From the NCBI GenBank assembly GCA_963718895.1, contig CAVRAG010000008.1, forward strand, positions 1,376,001 through 1,440,000: a stretch of DNA of 64,000 nucleotides, in the 5' to 3' direction. Positions 47,860 to 58,012 of this stretch are shown one piece after another. A program made the position numbers and the translations under genes. This stretch comes from an uncultured Nitrososphaerota archaeon (GTDB taxonomy: Archaea > Thermoproteota > Nitrososphaeria > Nitrososphaerales > Gagatemarchaeaceae). How positions within the stretch are numbered: position 1 is the first letter of the stretch; each line of letters opens with the position of its first letter. The notes below the pieces were generated by a model. It was not told where the DNA came from. It saw only the letters and a list, made by a program, of their open reading frames with translations, and did not search any database.

Positions 47860-48631
47860 TCATATTTGAGGAGTTTGTGCGGCAGTGGGCTCGAGGTCGT
47901 TAGGGTAGTAGCCGATCAATCGGACCCCGTCCACTTCAACGTCCAGGTTGACCTGCCATCTGCGGACGCCGCTCTCCGTCGCCCTCCTTGATGCATCGAC
48001 GGATCCTCCCGTTGTAGCGGTCCCTCGGCGGGGGCTTGAAGGGCGCCGCGTTGTAGAGATAGCACATTGCAATCACGGCCTTCTTCCCGCCCTGCAGTGC
48101 TGCAGACAGCTCGGTCATGTGCCTGATCAGCCTATCGAAGGAATTGAACCGTGAATGGTCAGCCTTCTCGACCGTCCCGGTCGGTAGCATGATGAGGGGA
48201 GACTTGACCTCGACGTAGGTCTCTCCCACCAGGAAGTCGATGCGGGAGTTTCCCACCTTCACCTCTCTGCGGATGCTGCCAGAGGCCATCCTGCTCAGAA
48301 GCCCTCTTTCAAGGAAGAACTCGATGTACCTGTTTGCCGCATTCTGGTTTATCCCGACCCAGTGTCTCTGCGCCGTTGCGGTACGGTCGAAGGATATCGC
48401 CTGGACGGTCCCCTGGGTCTTCCCCGTCCCACCCGTCGACCGGGAGAAGAGGCAGGGCAGCGAGGAAATCCTCGCGTCTCCCAGGCGGCCGGTGGTAGGG
48501 CAGTGGCACCTAATCGTCTTCCTACCCGCCTTGACAAGCATGATGAAGCGGTTGGGCCTGGAAGTCACGATGCCCTCCTCAAGGGGTCTTGGGAACCGGA
48601 ACACGTCCCGTTCCTCGGCGGCGGATTCCAA
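47860..48631 (-). CDS. sfsA: SfsA DNA/RNA nuclease with a +1 frameshift near 48001 (start approximate)
   Basis: RPNRF, CHCPTTGR, WVGIN, SRIDFL, YVEVK, RH..EL. The C-terminus VDASRRATESGVRRWQVNL is in the next frame. Confidence 0.88.
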
Positions 48632-48858
48632 CGGCCGCTCATGCGTCGAGCCGCTTGATAGATTCTTGGATGGTGTCGTTAGAGCGGAGGCTGCCCCGCA
48701 GGACATAGCGTTAAGTAGCTCAGCGTCGTCTCCGCCGACAGATCCAGAAGGCGACGGCCGGGACCTTCGACCCGCTGTTTGAGGAGTTCGTCTCGAAGGT
48801 TCTGGCTGAGAAGTAGACCGTAACGCGTAAATGGATGGCGTTCGCTTGAGGTGGCCGA

Positions 48859-48948
48859 TTGGCAGCCGCAAAGAAACGGGCTAAGAAGCCGCAGAAGAAG
48901 ACAAAGAGCAGCGGAAAGAAGTACGGGATTCTCATAAACGAAAAGTGA
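48859..48948 (+). CDS. 29-aa lysine-rich peptide
   Basis: GAGGTG Shine-Dalgarno 5 nt before TTG; MAAAKKRAKKPQKKTKSSGKKYGILINEK*. Confidence 0.5.
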   Translation: MAAAKKRAKKPQKKTKSSGKKYGILINEK

Positions 48949-49133
48949 GACTGTAAGATATCTCGCCCACTCGGCGCGGGCTACTCGCAGCCCGGGGGCT
49001 TGTCTACTATGTTCTCTAGACCGGTTTCCGCCCTTTTTGGACAACGCTCGTTCGTGGTGCTGCAACCACCTGATGCCGGTGTGGTGGAGGCGATCTCGGT
49101 TGCCGCTTATTAGCCCCCGCGCAGTCTTCCGGC

Positions 49134-49307
49134 ATGTCAAGGCCCGAGGACTGCAAACTCTGCGAGAAGGAAGGTTCAGTTCTCTCGATCACGGGCATGC
49201 AGATTCCCGTCGGTGAGAGGTGTTACACGAAGCTCGTCAACAAGGACGTGGTCTGGCAGCCGGAGACCAAGCTGAAGAAGCTGGAGGAGGCGCTGGAGAT
49301 AGGATAG
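49134..49307 (+). CDS. 57-aa Cys-containing small protein (zinc-finger-like)
   Basis: MSRPEDCKLCEKEG...PVGERCYTKL...; CTTATTA about 25 nt upstream; host-like codon usage. Confidence 0.6.
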   Translation: MSRPEDCKLCEKEGSVLSITGMQIPVGERCYTKLVNKDVVWQPETKLKKLEEALEIG

Positions 49308-49325
49308 GATCGGCCCGGACGCTCG

Positions 49326-49547
49326 TCAGAGAATCGCTGCGCCGATGCCGACGAGGACCGTCCCGAGTATCAAGAGGACGGCGGACACGTGGGCGAGCTG
49401 TCGCTTCTGCACCTCTTCTCTTCTTACCAGCCCGGCTATGCCAATTATCATGGCCAGCTCCACCATAGAGAGCTGCGCGTCGAAGAGCATCTTGAGGAAG
49501 ACCGTGTCAGCGCCTGACCCGCCGAGCATGGCCAGGAGAGTCAGCAT
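49326..49547 (-). CDS. Small two-TM membrane protein
   Basis: Two hydrophobic helices around a charged loop. Confidence 0.55.
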   Translation of the reverse strand: MLTLLAMLGGSGADTVFLKMLFDAQLSMVELAMIIGIAGLVRREEVQKRQLAHVSAVLLILGTVLVGIGAAIL

Positions 49548-49670
49548 AGTGGGGCCGTGCCTGAGACCGCGGCTGCCAGGACGTCGTAGTGCTGGTCGTG
49601 GTATGGCGGCGCGGCCAATCTACCCGTGATTGTGCGAATCCTGATAGAAACTTTGGTTGGTTCCGCTGGT

Positions 49671-52600
49671 CTAGACCTGCTCCGTTCCGCATTTGGGGCA
49701 GCGCAGGGAACCCAGCTCTATCGCAGCGCCGCAGTTACTGCATAGCTGAGTCAGATGCTGCGCGGGCGAGTCGGGCGGTATCGCGTGTCTGAGCCGCCTT
49801 CCCGGGGCGACTACCACGGCGACGATGATGACCACGGCGGCCGCAAGCGCAGCTAGCATGAAAGTCGGGTAGCTGGCTAGGACCTTGGCGTGGTCCGCAC
49901 CAGCCAGCGCGGCGTCGCCGCTGACCTTCGTGGCGGCCCCGAAGTATGAGATTGAGGCCGTGTAGTTGCCGATTGGGATCTCCCGGAGAGTGACGGTGCC
50001 CTTGCTGTCGGTCGTCAACGCGATGGTGGTACCGTTGACCAGCGTCACCGATACCTTGGCTCCGGAAATCGGAAGTCCCAGATAGTCCGTGACCGTCAGG
50101 GTCCCGCTGTAGACTCTGGTAGCGATGGTCTGGCTCACCGGAGCACTCACGGTGTAGACGGTCTGGCCCGCAGGCTTCACGTCGGTACCCTCCCACTCGA
50201 CCTGGTAGATCTGGAATCTGGTGCCGTTGTCGAGCCACGTCCCGGACGACGGGACGCTCGCTACCGGAGAAGTCCCGGAGTAAATCTGGACCAAGGTCGG
50301 GACTATGGTGCCCGTCCCGGCGCCGTCCGTGAACTGCAGGGTCACCAGGTCCTGCGTCACCGCCTCGAAGGCCAGGGTGTGAGGTCCGTTGAAGATGATA
50401 GCCGGGGTCGTGAAGCTGCCGGAGTCGGCTCTCGTGACGTTGGTCTCGAGCGAGTCGAGCGTGAACGCGATGAGGTTCTGCCTGACCTCGCTGTTAACGA
50501 TGTCCCAGGTGTAGCCGGTAGTCGCCGTGAGCGTCGTTCCGGAGTCGTAGAACGAGTCGTGTGTCGGCGATGCGAGCGAGAGCGAGACGTTGTTCCCTCC
50601 CGGGAGAGCGAACGAGTACTGGGTGACGGAGGATATCGTGATGGTCTCAGGTCCGCTCATGGTGAGGGATACCGGAAATGTCCCGGCGCCCGACCTTGGA
50701 ATCTCTGTGTTTACGGCGCTCCCGCCTACGGCGTAACCCACGGCATTGGTTCTGGTGCCCGAGGCATTGTTCCAGGAGTGGTAGAAGTAGATGGTCACGG
50801 GGGTCCCGCTATCGTACCACCCTGCGTCCCCGGCTATCGAGGCGACCGTCCCCGTCGCGATCGAGCCGGTGCTGGCGACTAGGCGATACTGCACCGTCGT
50901 CACCGCTGTGACGGACTGGGGGGAGGAGAGCTGGACGGCGGCGAGCACGTCCACGGGGCCGGCCGTCGATGTACCCTTCGGAATCCCGTTCAGCGAATAG
51001 GAGAGCAGCCTCTCGCCGGCGCCTGCGGTGCGGTTCCAGACGCCGTCTAGCACCAGGCTCACGCTGGTCCCCTGGTCATACCAGTACCTGTCGCCGGTTA
51101 TCGAAGGAGACGTAATCGACGAGAGGGCGCCGGTCGCCGATGCGTCCAAGGTGACCTGATACTGCTGCACGGAGTTAATCGAGAGCTGACGGGCCGAGTT
51201 CATCGTTATGGATATCGAGACCGTCCCGGCCGTCGGCTTCACGGCGACGGGGGTGCCGCCATCGATGGAGTAGGAGGTCACCCTCTCTCCCGAACCCGAT
51301 CCCCGTCCGAAGACGCCCGGCACCGAGAGCTGCGCGGTCGAGCTGCTGTTGTACCACTGGGAGCTGGCCGTCCCGCCGCTCACGGAGAGGAAGAACTGGT
51401 GGTTGTAGCCGAAAGAGAGTGCTGATGAGGCCTGGACTGTCCCCTGAGTGGTCTGGGCGTACCAGCGCTCCCCAGAAGAGGAACCCGACAGCGTCTGAGG
51501 GACGGAGTACGGCGAATCGCCGTCCGCCCAGAGGGTCTTCTTTACGGCGGTCAGCTGAACCGATGCCGGGTTTCCGAAGCTCGTGTAGGACAGGCCCGGG
51601 CCCGCAGTCGGCGACCCTCCGCCTATCAGAGAGAAGCTGACGGTCAGGAGGAACTGATGATAGAAGACGTCGGAGACCGTAACCTGTGCCTTCATGACAC
51701 CGGATGTCGTCCCCGTCGTCGCCCATCGTTCGCTGGAACTGGAGGAGGAGAGGGGGTTCGAGATCGAGTACGTCGACCCGATGTCGAACCATTCGGTCGC
51801 GGGGCTCGACTGGAGCGGCAGGGTCGAGTTCGCCCCGAACGAGGTCCCTGTGACCGTCGGCGGGTTCGGAGACCCTCCCGAGACGCTGTAGGTTATCCCG
51901 AGCGAGTACTGGTGAACGTACGTGAGGGACACGGGCCCCGTCTTGTTGACCACCGCGGTGGACGACTGGACGGCCCACCTCTCACTCAGCGTCGAGCCAG
52001 GCAGCGTGGGTGAGTAGCTGCACGAGAGCCCGGAGTCGACCCAGTTCGAGGAGCTCAGCGGAACGCTGATCTGGACGCCGTACTGGGCGCAGGTGATTGC
52101 AGGTGCGCCGGCCGCGGTCCCCGCGCCTTTGGCGACGTAACCTGGTGTGACATAGAACTGATGGTAGTAGAGGATGGGCGACGGTATCTGGTTTGCAGAG
52201 GAGACGGTCCACTGCGAGGTCTGTGGAGACCATTGTTCTCCTGACCTGCTGGGTATCTGGCCTACAATAGAGACCTGTGATCCACGCGCCACCCATATTG
52301 TCTGCGTCGTGGAGTGCAGCGTGGGCCCTTCGAGGGTCTCCGAGGACACGGGAGAGGCGACCGCTGGCGCCGTATAGTAGTCCAGCATTGGGTTCGAGAT
52401 TATCGATCCATCAGAAGTCGCGTAGCTCGCGGACTGCACGAGAAGATCGTAGTAGTAGTAGGTCGCTGGGGAGCCTGCAGCGATTGAGACATTCCCACCC
52501 TGCGAATCCAGGGCCCACTTCTCGGTCGAAGTCGACCCGGTGGATACAGAAGAGATTGTAACAGAAGATCCGGCATCGGTCGGAAGCACCACGTTCTCGC

Positions 52601-52811
52601 CCTGGACATAGGCTGTCGACGTCTCGCCGTTCAACGTGTAAAAGACAGCAAACGAGTTCGAGGCGGAAAGCGGACTAGAAAGGGGCGCGGGAAGAAGTGT
52701 TATCGAAGTCGTCCCGGTCACGGTTTGGGCATGTGCAGACGCGGCGCCGCTCAGGAGAACTAGGCAGGCGAGAAGCACGAACAGTGACGGAAGCTTAAGT
52801 CGTGCAAGCAT
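49671..52811 (-). CDS. Large Ser/Thr-rich cell-surface repeat protein with C-terminal TM and cytoplasmic zinc ribbon
   Basis: Signal peptide; repeats with (S/G)ERW...Y.HQ(F/Y) and WYD.GT; YLG.P..GA.V domain; TM; CSNCG..CPKCG. Confidence 0.85.
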   Translation of the reverse strand: MLARLKLPSLFVLLACLVLLSGAASAHAQTVTGTTSITLLPAPLSSPLSASNSFAVFYTLNGETSTAYVQGENVVLPTDAGSSVTISSVSTGSTSTEKWALDSQGGNVSIAAGSPATYYYYDLLVQSASYATSDGSIISNPMLDYYTAPAVASPVSSETLEGPTLHSTTQTIWVARGSQVSIVGQIPSRSGEQWSPQTSQWTVSSANQIPSPILYYHQFYVTPGYVAKGAGTAAGAPAITCAQYGVQISVPLSSSNWVDSGLSCSYSPTLPGSTLSERWAVQSSTAVVNKTGPVSLTYVHQYSLGITYSVSGGSPNPPTVTGTSFGANSTLPLQSSPATEWFDIGSTYSISNPLSSSSSSERWATTGTTSGVMKAQVTVSDVFYHQFLLTVSFSLIGGGSPTAGPGLSYTSFGNPASVQLTAVKKTLWADGDSPYSVPQTLSGSSSGERWYAQTTQGTVQASSALSFGYNHQFFLSVSGGTASSQWYNSSSTAQLSVPGVFGRGSGSGERVTSYSIDGGTPVAVKPTAGTVSISITMNSARQLSINSVQQYQVTLDASATGALSSITSPSITGDRYWYDQGTSVSLVLDGVWNRTAGAGERLLSYSLNGIPKGTSTAGPVDVLAAVQLSSPQSVTAVTTVQYRLVASTGSIATGTVASIAGDAGWYDSGTPVTIYFYHSWNNASGTRTNAVGYAVGGSAVNTEIPRSGAGTFPVSLTMSGPETITISSVTQYSFALPGGNNVSLSLASPTHDSFYDSGTTLTATTGYTWDIVNSEVRQNLIAFTLDSLETNVTRADSGSFTTPAIIFNGPHTLAFEAVTQDLVTLQFTDGAGTGTIVPTLVQIYSGTSPVASVPSSGTWLDNGTRFQIYQVEWEGTDVKPAGQTVYTVSAPVSQTIATRVYSGTLTVTDYLGLPISGAKVSVTLVNGTTIALTTDSKGTVTLREIPIGNYTASISYFGAATKVSGDAALAGADHAKVLASYPTFMLAALAAAVVIIVAVVVAPGRRLRHAIPPDSPAQHLTQLCSNCGAAIELGSLRCPKCGTEQV

Positions 52812-53261
52812 GTCAATCCATCTAACCTGTTCCCTTCCACGACGAGCGAGCCTGAAATCTCGATATATAACGATGTTTCAGGCGATTATTGTGGCATCCG
52901 GCTACGTTTGGAGCCGTCCGAGCAACTGCCGACGGGGCACCAGGCTAGACGCGCCACCGTCTCTAAGGGGCGCCTCTGAAGGGCGGACTCGGGACCCTTT
53001 GGAGGCTCTACCTCTTCTTCAGAACGATCATCGCGCCCCTCACGGTCGCCCTAGGGCGTCCGAACTTCGACCTGGCGTCAGCACCTCGCCCGCTCTGCTT
53101 TCCGCGTCCTCGATCCTCTTTTACATCTCTCCTAGCGCGCCCTGGATGTCGCCGATGAGGTCGGCTTCTATGGTGTGGGGCATCCGGAGCCCAGCCTCCT
53201 GGGCGGTTTTTGGAGATGTGGGCTTCGGCCGCTTTGCAGTGGGCCGCTGGCACCGGCTGCG

Positions 53262-53555
53262 TTATGCCAGTTCCTTCATGCCCTCAAGACTGTCAGCGAA
53301 GCTGCCGAGCGGATGGACCTCACGGTCCATAAGGAAGTTGGCTGGCGAATTGAAGAATATCTCGCCCATCTCCTCCAAGGTCTTGGTCTCCAGCACGTAG
53401 CCGTTTGCCAGGATGTCCAAGCATGGGCCTCCTATCATCTTGCCCTTCTTCTCGAGCTTGGCCATATACTTCAGGTATTCCACGCCCACCTTAGCGGACT
53501 CCTTTGAGTTCATGTTGACTCCTGTCCGGAGCCTTTCCATCACGAAGAATCGCAT
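53262..53555 (-). CDS. Small dimeric alpha-beta barrel protein (muconolactone isomerase/YciI-like)
   Basis: MRFFV...L.KKGK.IGG, E..TLEEM...P....EVHPL. Confidence 0.62.
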   Translation of the reverse strand: MRFFVMERLRTGVNMNSKESAKVGVEYLKYMAKLEKKGKMIGGPCLDILANGYVLETKTLEEMGEIFFNSPANFLMDREVHPLGSFADSLEGMKELA

Positions 53556-53751
53556 GGCAAATCGCGCCGGCCCCGAATGATAAAGGTTTGCCGGATGCTT
53601 CATTCCACAGGTTTTTCGTCGGGAAACCACGCCGGATGGGCTTCTGGCCGAGAGGAGCTCATTCGGGCCGAGATGCACGGGTGTTACGGCTCACCGCTCA
53701 CTCTCAAGTGTAAGGTCTTATCCTGACGACAAGTCTCCGCTGCCGAGGGCC

Positions 53752-54702
53752 TTGGGCAACGTCCTTGTCACGGGGGCAGCGGGACAGATCGGCTCTGAAC
53801 TGGTGGTGGAACTTCGCAGAGAGTACTCTGATCGGGCTGTGGTCGCAGCCGACCTGTCGCCGAAGCTATCCTCCGGAGTCCAAGAGCAGAGTCCCAACGT
53901 AATCTTGGACGTAACCGACGGGGCCCAGATGATCAGAATCTTTGAAGAGCGCGAAGTGGACACGGTCTACCATCTGGCAGGAGTCCTCTCCGCAACCGGC
54001 GAGCAGAAGCCACGCCTCGCATGGGACACGAACATTGGTGGCCTCTACAACGTACTGGAGGCTGCGCGAACGAGGGACGCGAGGGTGTTCTGGCCCAGCT
54101 CCATCGCGGTATTCGGTCCCGGTTCTCCTCGAGTGAAGACCCCGCAGAACACCGTGATGATCCCGAGCACCATCTACGGGGCTACCAAGGTGGCGGGCGA
54201 GCTTCTGTGCAACTACTACTATCACAGGTTCGGCGTGGATGTCAGGAGCGTCAGGTATCCCGGCATAGTCAGCAGCGAAACCCTTCCCGGCGGGGGGACG
54301 ACCGACTACGCCTCCCGCATGTGCTACGAGGCAATCGAGAGAGGGCAGTACAGCTGCTTCGTGAGGCAGGAGACAACGCTCCCGATGATGTATATGCCTG
54401 ACGCGATAAAGGCCGCGCTCACCATCATGGAGGCTGAATCAGGGAAGGTTAGGAACAGGACAGCGTACAACCTCACTGCCATGAGTTTCTCCGCGGGGGA
54501 GCTCGCGGAAGAGATACGCAAGCACATTCCGAACTTCAGGTGCACCTTCGAACCGGACTTCAGGCAGGCGATAGCGGATTCGTGGCCCATCTCAATCGAT
54601 GACTCCCTCGCGCGGGCGCATTGGGGGTGGGATTCCGACTACGACCTCGGCTCGATGACCGCGGACATGCTGAACGTACTGGGCAAGAGAATCGGAAAGT
54701 AG
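53752..54702 (+). CDS. tdh: L-threonine 3-dehydrogenase (SDR/epimerase type)
   Basis: TGAAGQIG, HLA..LSATGE, PSSIAVFG, YGATK, PGGGTTDYA, PMMYMPD, RQAIADSWP; adjacent to kbl. Confidence 0.92.
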   Translation: MGNVLVTGAAGQIGSELVVELRREYSDRAVVAADLSPKLSSGVQEQSPNVILDVTDGAQMIRIFEEREVDTVYHLAGVLSATGEQKPRLAWDTNIGGLYNVLEAARTRDARVFWPSSIAVFGPGSPRVKTPQNTVMIPSTIYGATKVAGELLCNYYYHRFGVDVRSVRYPGIVSSETLPGGGTTDYASRMCYEAIERGQYSCFVRQETTLPMMYMPDAIKAALTIMEAESGKVRNRTAYNLTAMSFSAGELAEEIRKHIPNFRCTFEPDFRQAIADSWPISIDDSLARAHWGWDSDYDLGSMTADMLNVLGKRIGK

Positions 54703-54753
54703 CGAGGTGTCGGGGTCTCGCTTAATAGCCTCGCCTCGGGCGATTTTTGCGAG

Positions 54754-55953
54754 TTGGCTGAGAGAGACCCTGTGGCATTTCTGAAAGAAGAGTACCAAGC
54801 TCTCGTGCGCGAGGACCTGGATTGGAAGATCAGGACGCTCGACGGGCCGAGCTCTTCCTGGTGCACCGTCGAGGGCAAGAAGGTGCTAATGCTCTGTTCC
54901 AACAACTATCTGGGACTAAGCAACCACCCCCGTCTCAAGAAAGCCGCGACGGAGGCGATCGCCACGCATGGGGCGGGCTCGGGCTCCGTCAGGCCAATCG
55001 CCGGAACGATGGACCTTCACGTCGCTCTGGAGAGACGGCTGGCCGCCTTCAAGGGCGCTGACGCATCGCTGGTCTATCAGACGGGCTTCGCCGCCAACGC
55101 TGGCCTGATTCCCCAACTGGTGGGAGAGGCAGACCTCATCGTGAGCGACGAGCTGAACCACGGGAGCATAATCGATGGGATAAGGCTGGCCCGCGCGGGG
55201 AGGTCGGTCTACAAGCACGCCGACGTAGACGACCTCCGCAGGGTTCTCGAGGAAGCGGAGACGCACTCTCCTCCCTACAGAAGAATCCTGGTCATCACCG
55301 ATGGGGTCTTCTCGATGGACGGCGACGTGGCGCCCCTGGACAGAATCGCCGGACTGGCGCACGACCACGGAGCGATGCTCTACGTGGACGATGCGCACGG
55401 CGAGGGGGTGCTCGGAGATGGCGGACGCGGCATAGTCTCGCACTTCAAGCTAGGGAGGGACAGGGTGCAGGTGGAGATGGGCACGTTCTCCAAGGCGTTC
55501 GGGGTGGTCGGAGGGCACATCTCAGGTTCGCGCGACCTCGTCGACTTCGCTTACAACAAGTCCAGGACCTGGCTCCTCAGCGGTTCTCACCCTCCTGCCG
55601 TCGTGGCGGCGTGCATCGCGGCCATTGATGTGCTTGAGACGGAGCCTCAGCACGTCCAGCGGCTCTGGGAGAACACCAGGTACTTCAAGAAGGAGATGAG
55701 GGCTCTGGGATTCGACTTGGGTCAGAGCGAGACGCCCATCACGCCGGTCATGGTAGGGGACAGCGGCCTGGCCAGCGCGCTGAGCTCCAGGCTCTTCGAG
55801 GAGAGCGTCTTCGCCCTACCGATAGTCCATCCCATGGTCGCCAAGGGAAAGGCGAGAATCAGGACCATGATGAACGCGGCACTATCTCGCGAAGACCTCG
55901 ACTTTGCGATCTCCAAGTTCCGGAAGGTGGGCAGCCAGCTCCGGATTATCTAG
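54754..55953 (+). CDS. kbl: 2-amino-3-ketobutyrate CoA ligase (glycine C-acetyltransferase)
   Basis: CSNNYLGL, SDELNHGSIIDG, DGVFSMDG, VDDAHGEG, GTFSKAFG, ARIR. Confidence 0.93.
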   Translation: MAERDPVAFLKEEYQALVREDLDWKIRTLDGPSSSWCTVEGKKVLMLCSNNYLGLSNHPRLKKAATEAIATHGAGSGSVRPIAGTMDLHVALERRLAAFKGADASLVYQTGFAANAGLIPQLVGEADLIVSDELNHGSIIDGIRLARAGRSVYKHADVDDLRRVLEEAETHSPPYRRILVITDGVFSMDGDVAPLDRIAGLAHDHGAMLYVDDAHGEGVLGDGGRGIVSHFKLGRDRVQVEMGTFSKAFGVVGGHISGSRDLVDFAYNKSRTWLLSGSHPPAVVAACIAAIDVLETEPQHVQRLWENTRYFKKEMRALGFDLGQSETPITPVMVGDSGLASALSSRLFEESVFALPIVHPMVAKGKARIRTMMNAALSREDLDFAISKFRKVGSQLRII

Positions 55954-56018
55954 TCGAGCGCCCCCGGCGTCGATTGGTTTAAGGTCGGGCGCGCCCGTCG
56001 GACTCCTGTGCTAGCGAA

Positions 56019-56846
56019 TTGGCCCTGACGATAGCGTCGACCAGCAAGCTCAACTCGGGGGTGGAGATGCCCCTCCTCGGGCTCGGCGTCTACCAGACAC
56101 CCCCCGGAAAGGCGACTGAGGAGGCCGTGAAGTTCGCTCTGAAGATCGGGTACAGGCACATCGATACCGCGAGCCTGTACGGAAACGAAGAGAGCGTCGG
56201 GCTCGCTGTGAGAGGCAGCGGGGTGCCCCGCGACCAGGTCTTCGTCACCACCAAGCTCTGGAACAGTGACCACGGCTACGACTCCGCCCTTCGTGCCTGC
56301 GAAAAGAGCCTGCGCCGGCTCGGGATCGGCTACATCGACCTCTACCTGATCCACTGGCCCGTATCGCAGCTTAGGGAGGAGTCGTGGAAGGCGCTCCTAG
56401 AGCTGCAGCGGCGCGGCTCGTGCCGCGCAATAGGCGTGAGCAACTACACGGTGAGGCACCTCGACGAGCTGCTCGAAGGCTCGAAGGTGGTCCCCGACGT
56501 CGACCAGGTCGAGTTCAACCCCTTCCTCTACCAGGAAGAGCTCCTCCGGTTCTGCAAGGGAAAGGGAATACAGCTCGAGGCCTACAGCCCTCTGACCAGG
56601 GGGCACAGACTCCGTCACCCCGCTGTGCTCGAGGTCGCCCGGACATACTCCACGAGTCCGGCCCAGATCATGATCCGGTGGGGCCTGCAGCACGGCCTCG
56701 TGGTCATCCCGAAGTCGGCTCGTCCCGAGAGGATAAGGGAGAACTCGGAGGTCTTCGATTTTGAGATCTCCCCTGCCGACATGTCCAGGCTCGACTCGCT
56801 CGGCGAGAACCTGCACACAGACTGGGACCCTACCGACGCGGTCTGA
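56019..56846 (+). CDS. Aldo/keto reductase (2,5-DKG reductase-like)
   Basis: GYRHIDTA..Y.NE, DLYLIHWP, IGVSNY, VIPKS. Confidence 0.95.
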   Translation: MALTIASTSKLNSGVEMPLLGLGVYQTPPGKATEEAVKFALKIGYRHIDTASLYGNEESVGLAVRGSGVPRDQVFVTTKLWNSDHGYDSALRACEKSLRRLGIGYIDLYLIHWPVSQLREESWKALLELQRRGSCRAIGVSNYTVRHLDELLEGSKVVPDVDQVEFNPFLYQEELLRFCKGKGIQLEAYSPLTRGHRLRHPAVLEVARTYSTSPAQIMIRWGLQHGLVVIPKSARPERIRENSEVFDFEISPADMSRLDSLGENLHTDWDPTDAV

Positions 56847-56970
56847 GACCGCGGAGACGGCGTCCGGCCTTTCGTCTCCTCAGAGAGCGGTGGGAGAATC
56901 CGGTAGTTCGCAAGCTCTTACCGTTGTTTCACTATCCGACTTTTATAGAAAGATTGCTCAAAATTGAATC

Positions 56971-57981
56971 ATGACCATAATCAAGGCCGCCTCCGTTCTC
57001 GTAGCTTCTGTTCTGACTGTCGGCATATTAGGAATCTTTGTCATGTCGGCAGCCTCGGGCGCTCCAGGGATTTCACTAGATTCTTCAGCCGCGACGAGTT
57101 GCAATGGCTGCGTGTCGCAGTCTGTCCACGTGTCGGTCAAGTCGGGCGACATCGTGGTGACGCTCGTAGCATTGAGCCCCCAGAGCGTCTACGCGAGGAT
57201 CAACGGTGCCAAGTATGATGCGGGATTCCTCGGTTCACTTACTTCACCAGGTATGACCTTCCAGCAGCGATTCGCTTACACGAGGAACCCTGGCAGTGGT
57301 GACGGGACGCTCGCGTGGGAAGAGTACGCGATTGCGGCGGTTACAGGAACAGTCACGATAACGGGGACGGTCAACAGCACAATGGCCGCGTGGAGCATGA
57401 TAGCTTACAGCATAACCGGAGCAAACAACACAAATCCTTTCGACTCAAGTCCTTCCCTCCCCTCATCCGATTTCAACGACTGCAATCAGACCGACGGGTG
57501 CAGCGTGTACTATTCCAACAATAATGCGAACGACATGGTGCTGGCGATGATAGGAAGTCAGGGAGGGCCGGGCATCACTCCTCCCCCTGGATACACGATG
57601 ATAGCTCAAAGCAATCCGAACGGATGGATGACGAGTGGCGCTTCCTACCTCGTCCTCTCTTCGTCTCAGAACCACGTCTCATCGGGAAACTGGGCACTCA
57701 ACCCAGGTGAGTCAGCAATCTGGTTCGTCGATGCAATCCAAGCAAGTTCGTCGTTCACCACGTCAACAACATCAACAACGTCTACTTCCTCGACCTCAAC
57801 GGCTTCGACATCTTCCACTACCTCTACGAACTCGACTTCCACCACCAGTTCAACGAGTTCAACCACGACAACAACCATCTCGACGACAACGACGTCAACC
57901 CTGACGACCATGACAAGCACCTGCACGGTCACTTTCACCATGAACAGCACACAGGTGCTCGGATGGCAGGGAACTTGCTAG
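56971..57981 (+). CDS. Secreted protein with long Ser/Thr stalk
   Basis: N-terminal signal/TM, beta-rich domain, Thr/Ser tract, terminal Cys pair; more A/T-ending codons than neighbouring genes. Confidence 0.75.
   Translation: MTIIKAASVLVASVLTVGILGIFVMSAASGAPGISLDSSAATSCNGCVSQSVHVSVKSGDIVVTLVALSPQSVYARINGAKYDAGFLGSLTSPGMTFQQRFAYTRNPGSGDGTLAWEEYAIAAVTGTVTITGTVNSTMAAWSMIAYSITGANNTNPFDSSPSLPSSDFNDCNQTDGCSVYYSNNNANDMVLAMIGSQGGPGITPPPGYTMIAQSNPNGWMTSGASYLVLSSSQNHVSSGNWALNPGESAIWFVDAIQASSSFTTSTTSTTSTSSTSTASTSSTTSTNSTSTTSSTSSTTTTTISTTTTSTLTTMTSTCTVTFTMNSTQVLGWQGTC
57745..57922 (+). repeat. Low-complexity Thr/Ser codon tract
   Basis: Encodes SSSFTTSTTSTTSTSSTSTASTSSTT... Confidence 0.8.
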
Positions 57982-58012
57982 GCAGGGGGTTCGATTCTCT
58001 TCCGGGGCACCA
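57982..58012 (+). other. Degenerate tRNA 3'-half fragment (possible relic att site)
   Basis: GGGGG-TTCGATT-CTCTT-CCGGGGC-A-CCA has canonical 5+7+5+7+1+CCA spacing; no 5' half nearby. Confidence 0.6.

Noticed and set aside
53008-53185. Possible small gene (MPHTIEADLIGDIQGALGEM*KRIEDAE...)
   Set aside because: Interrupted by TAA and a frame change, with no recognisable family.
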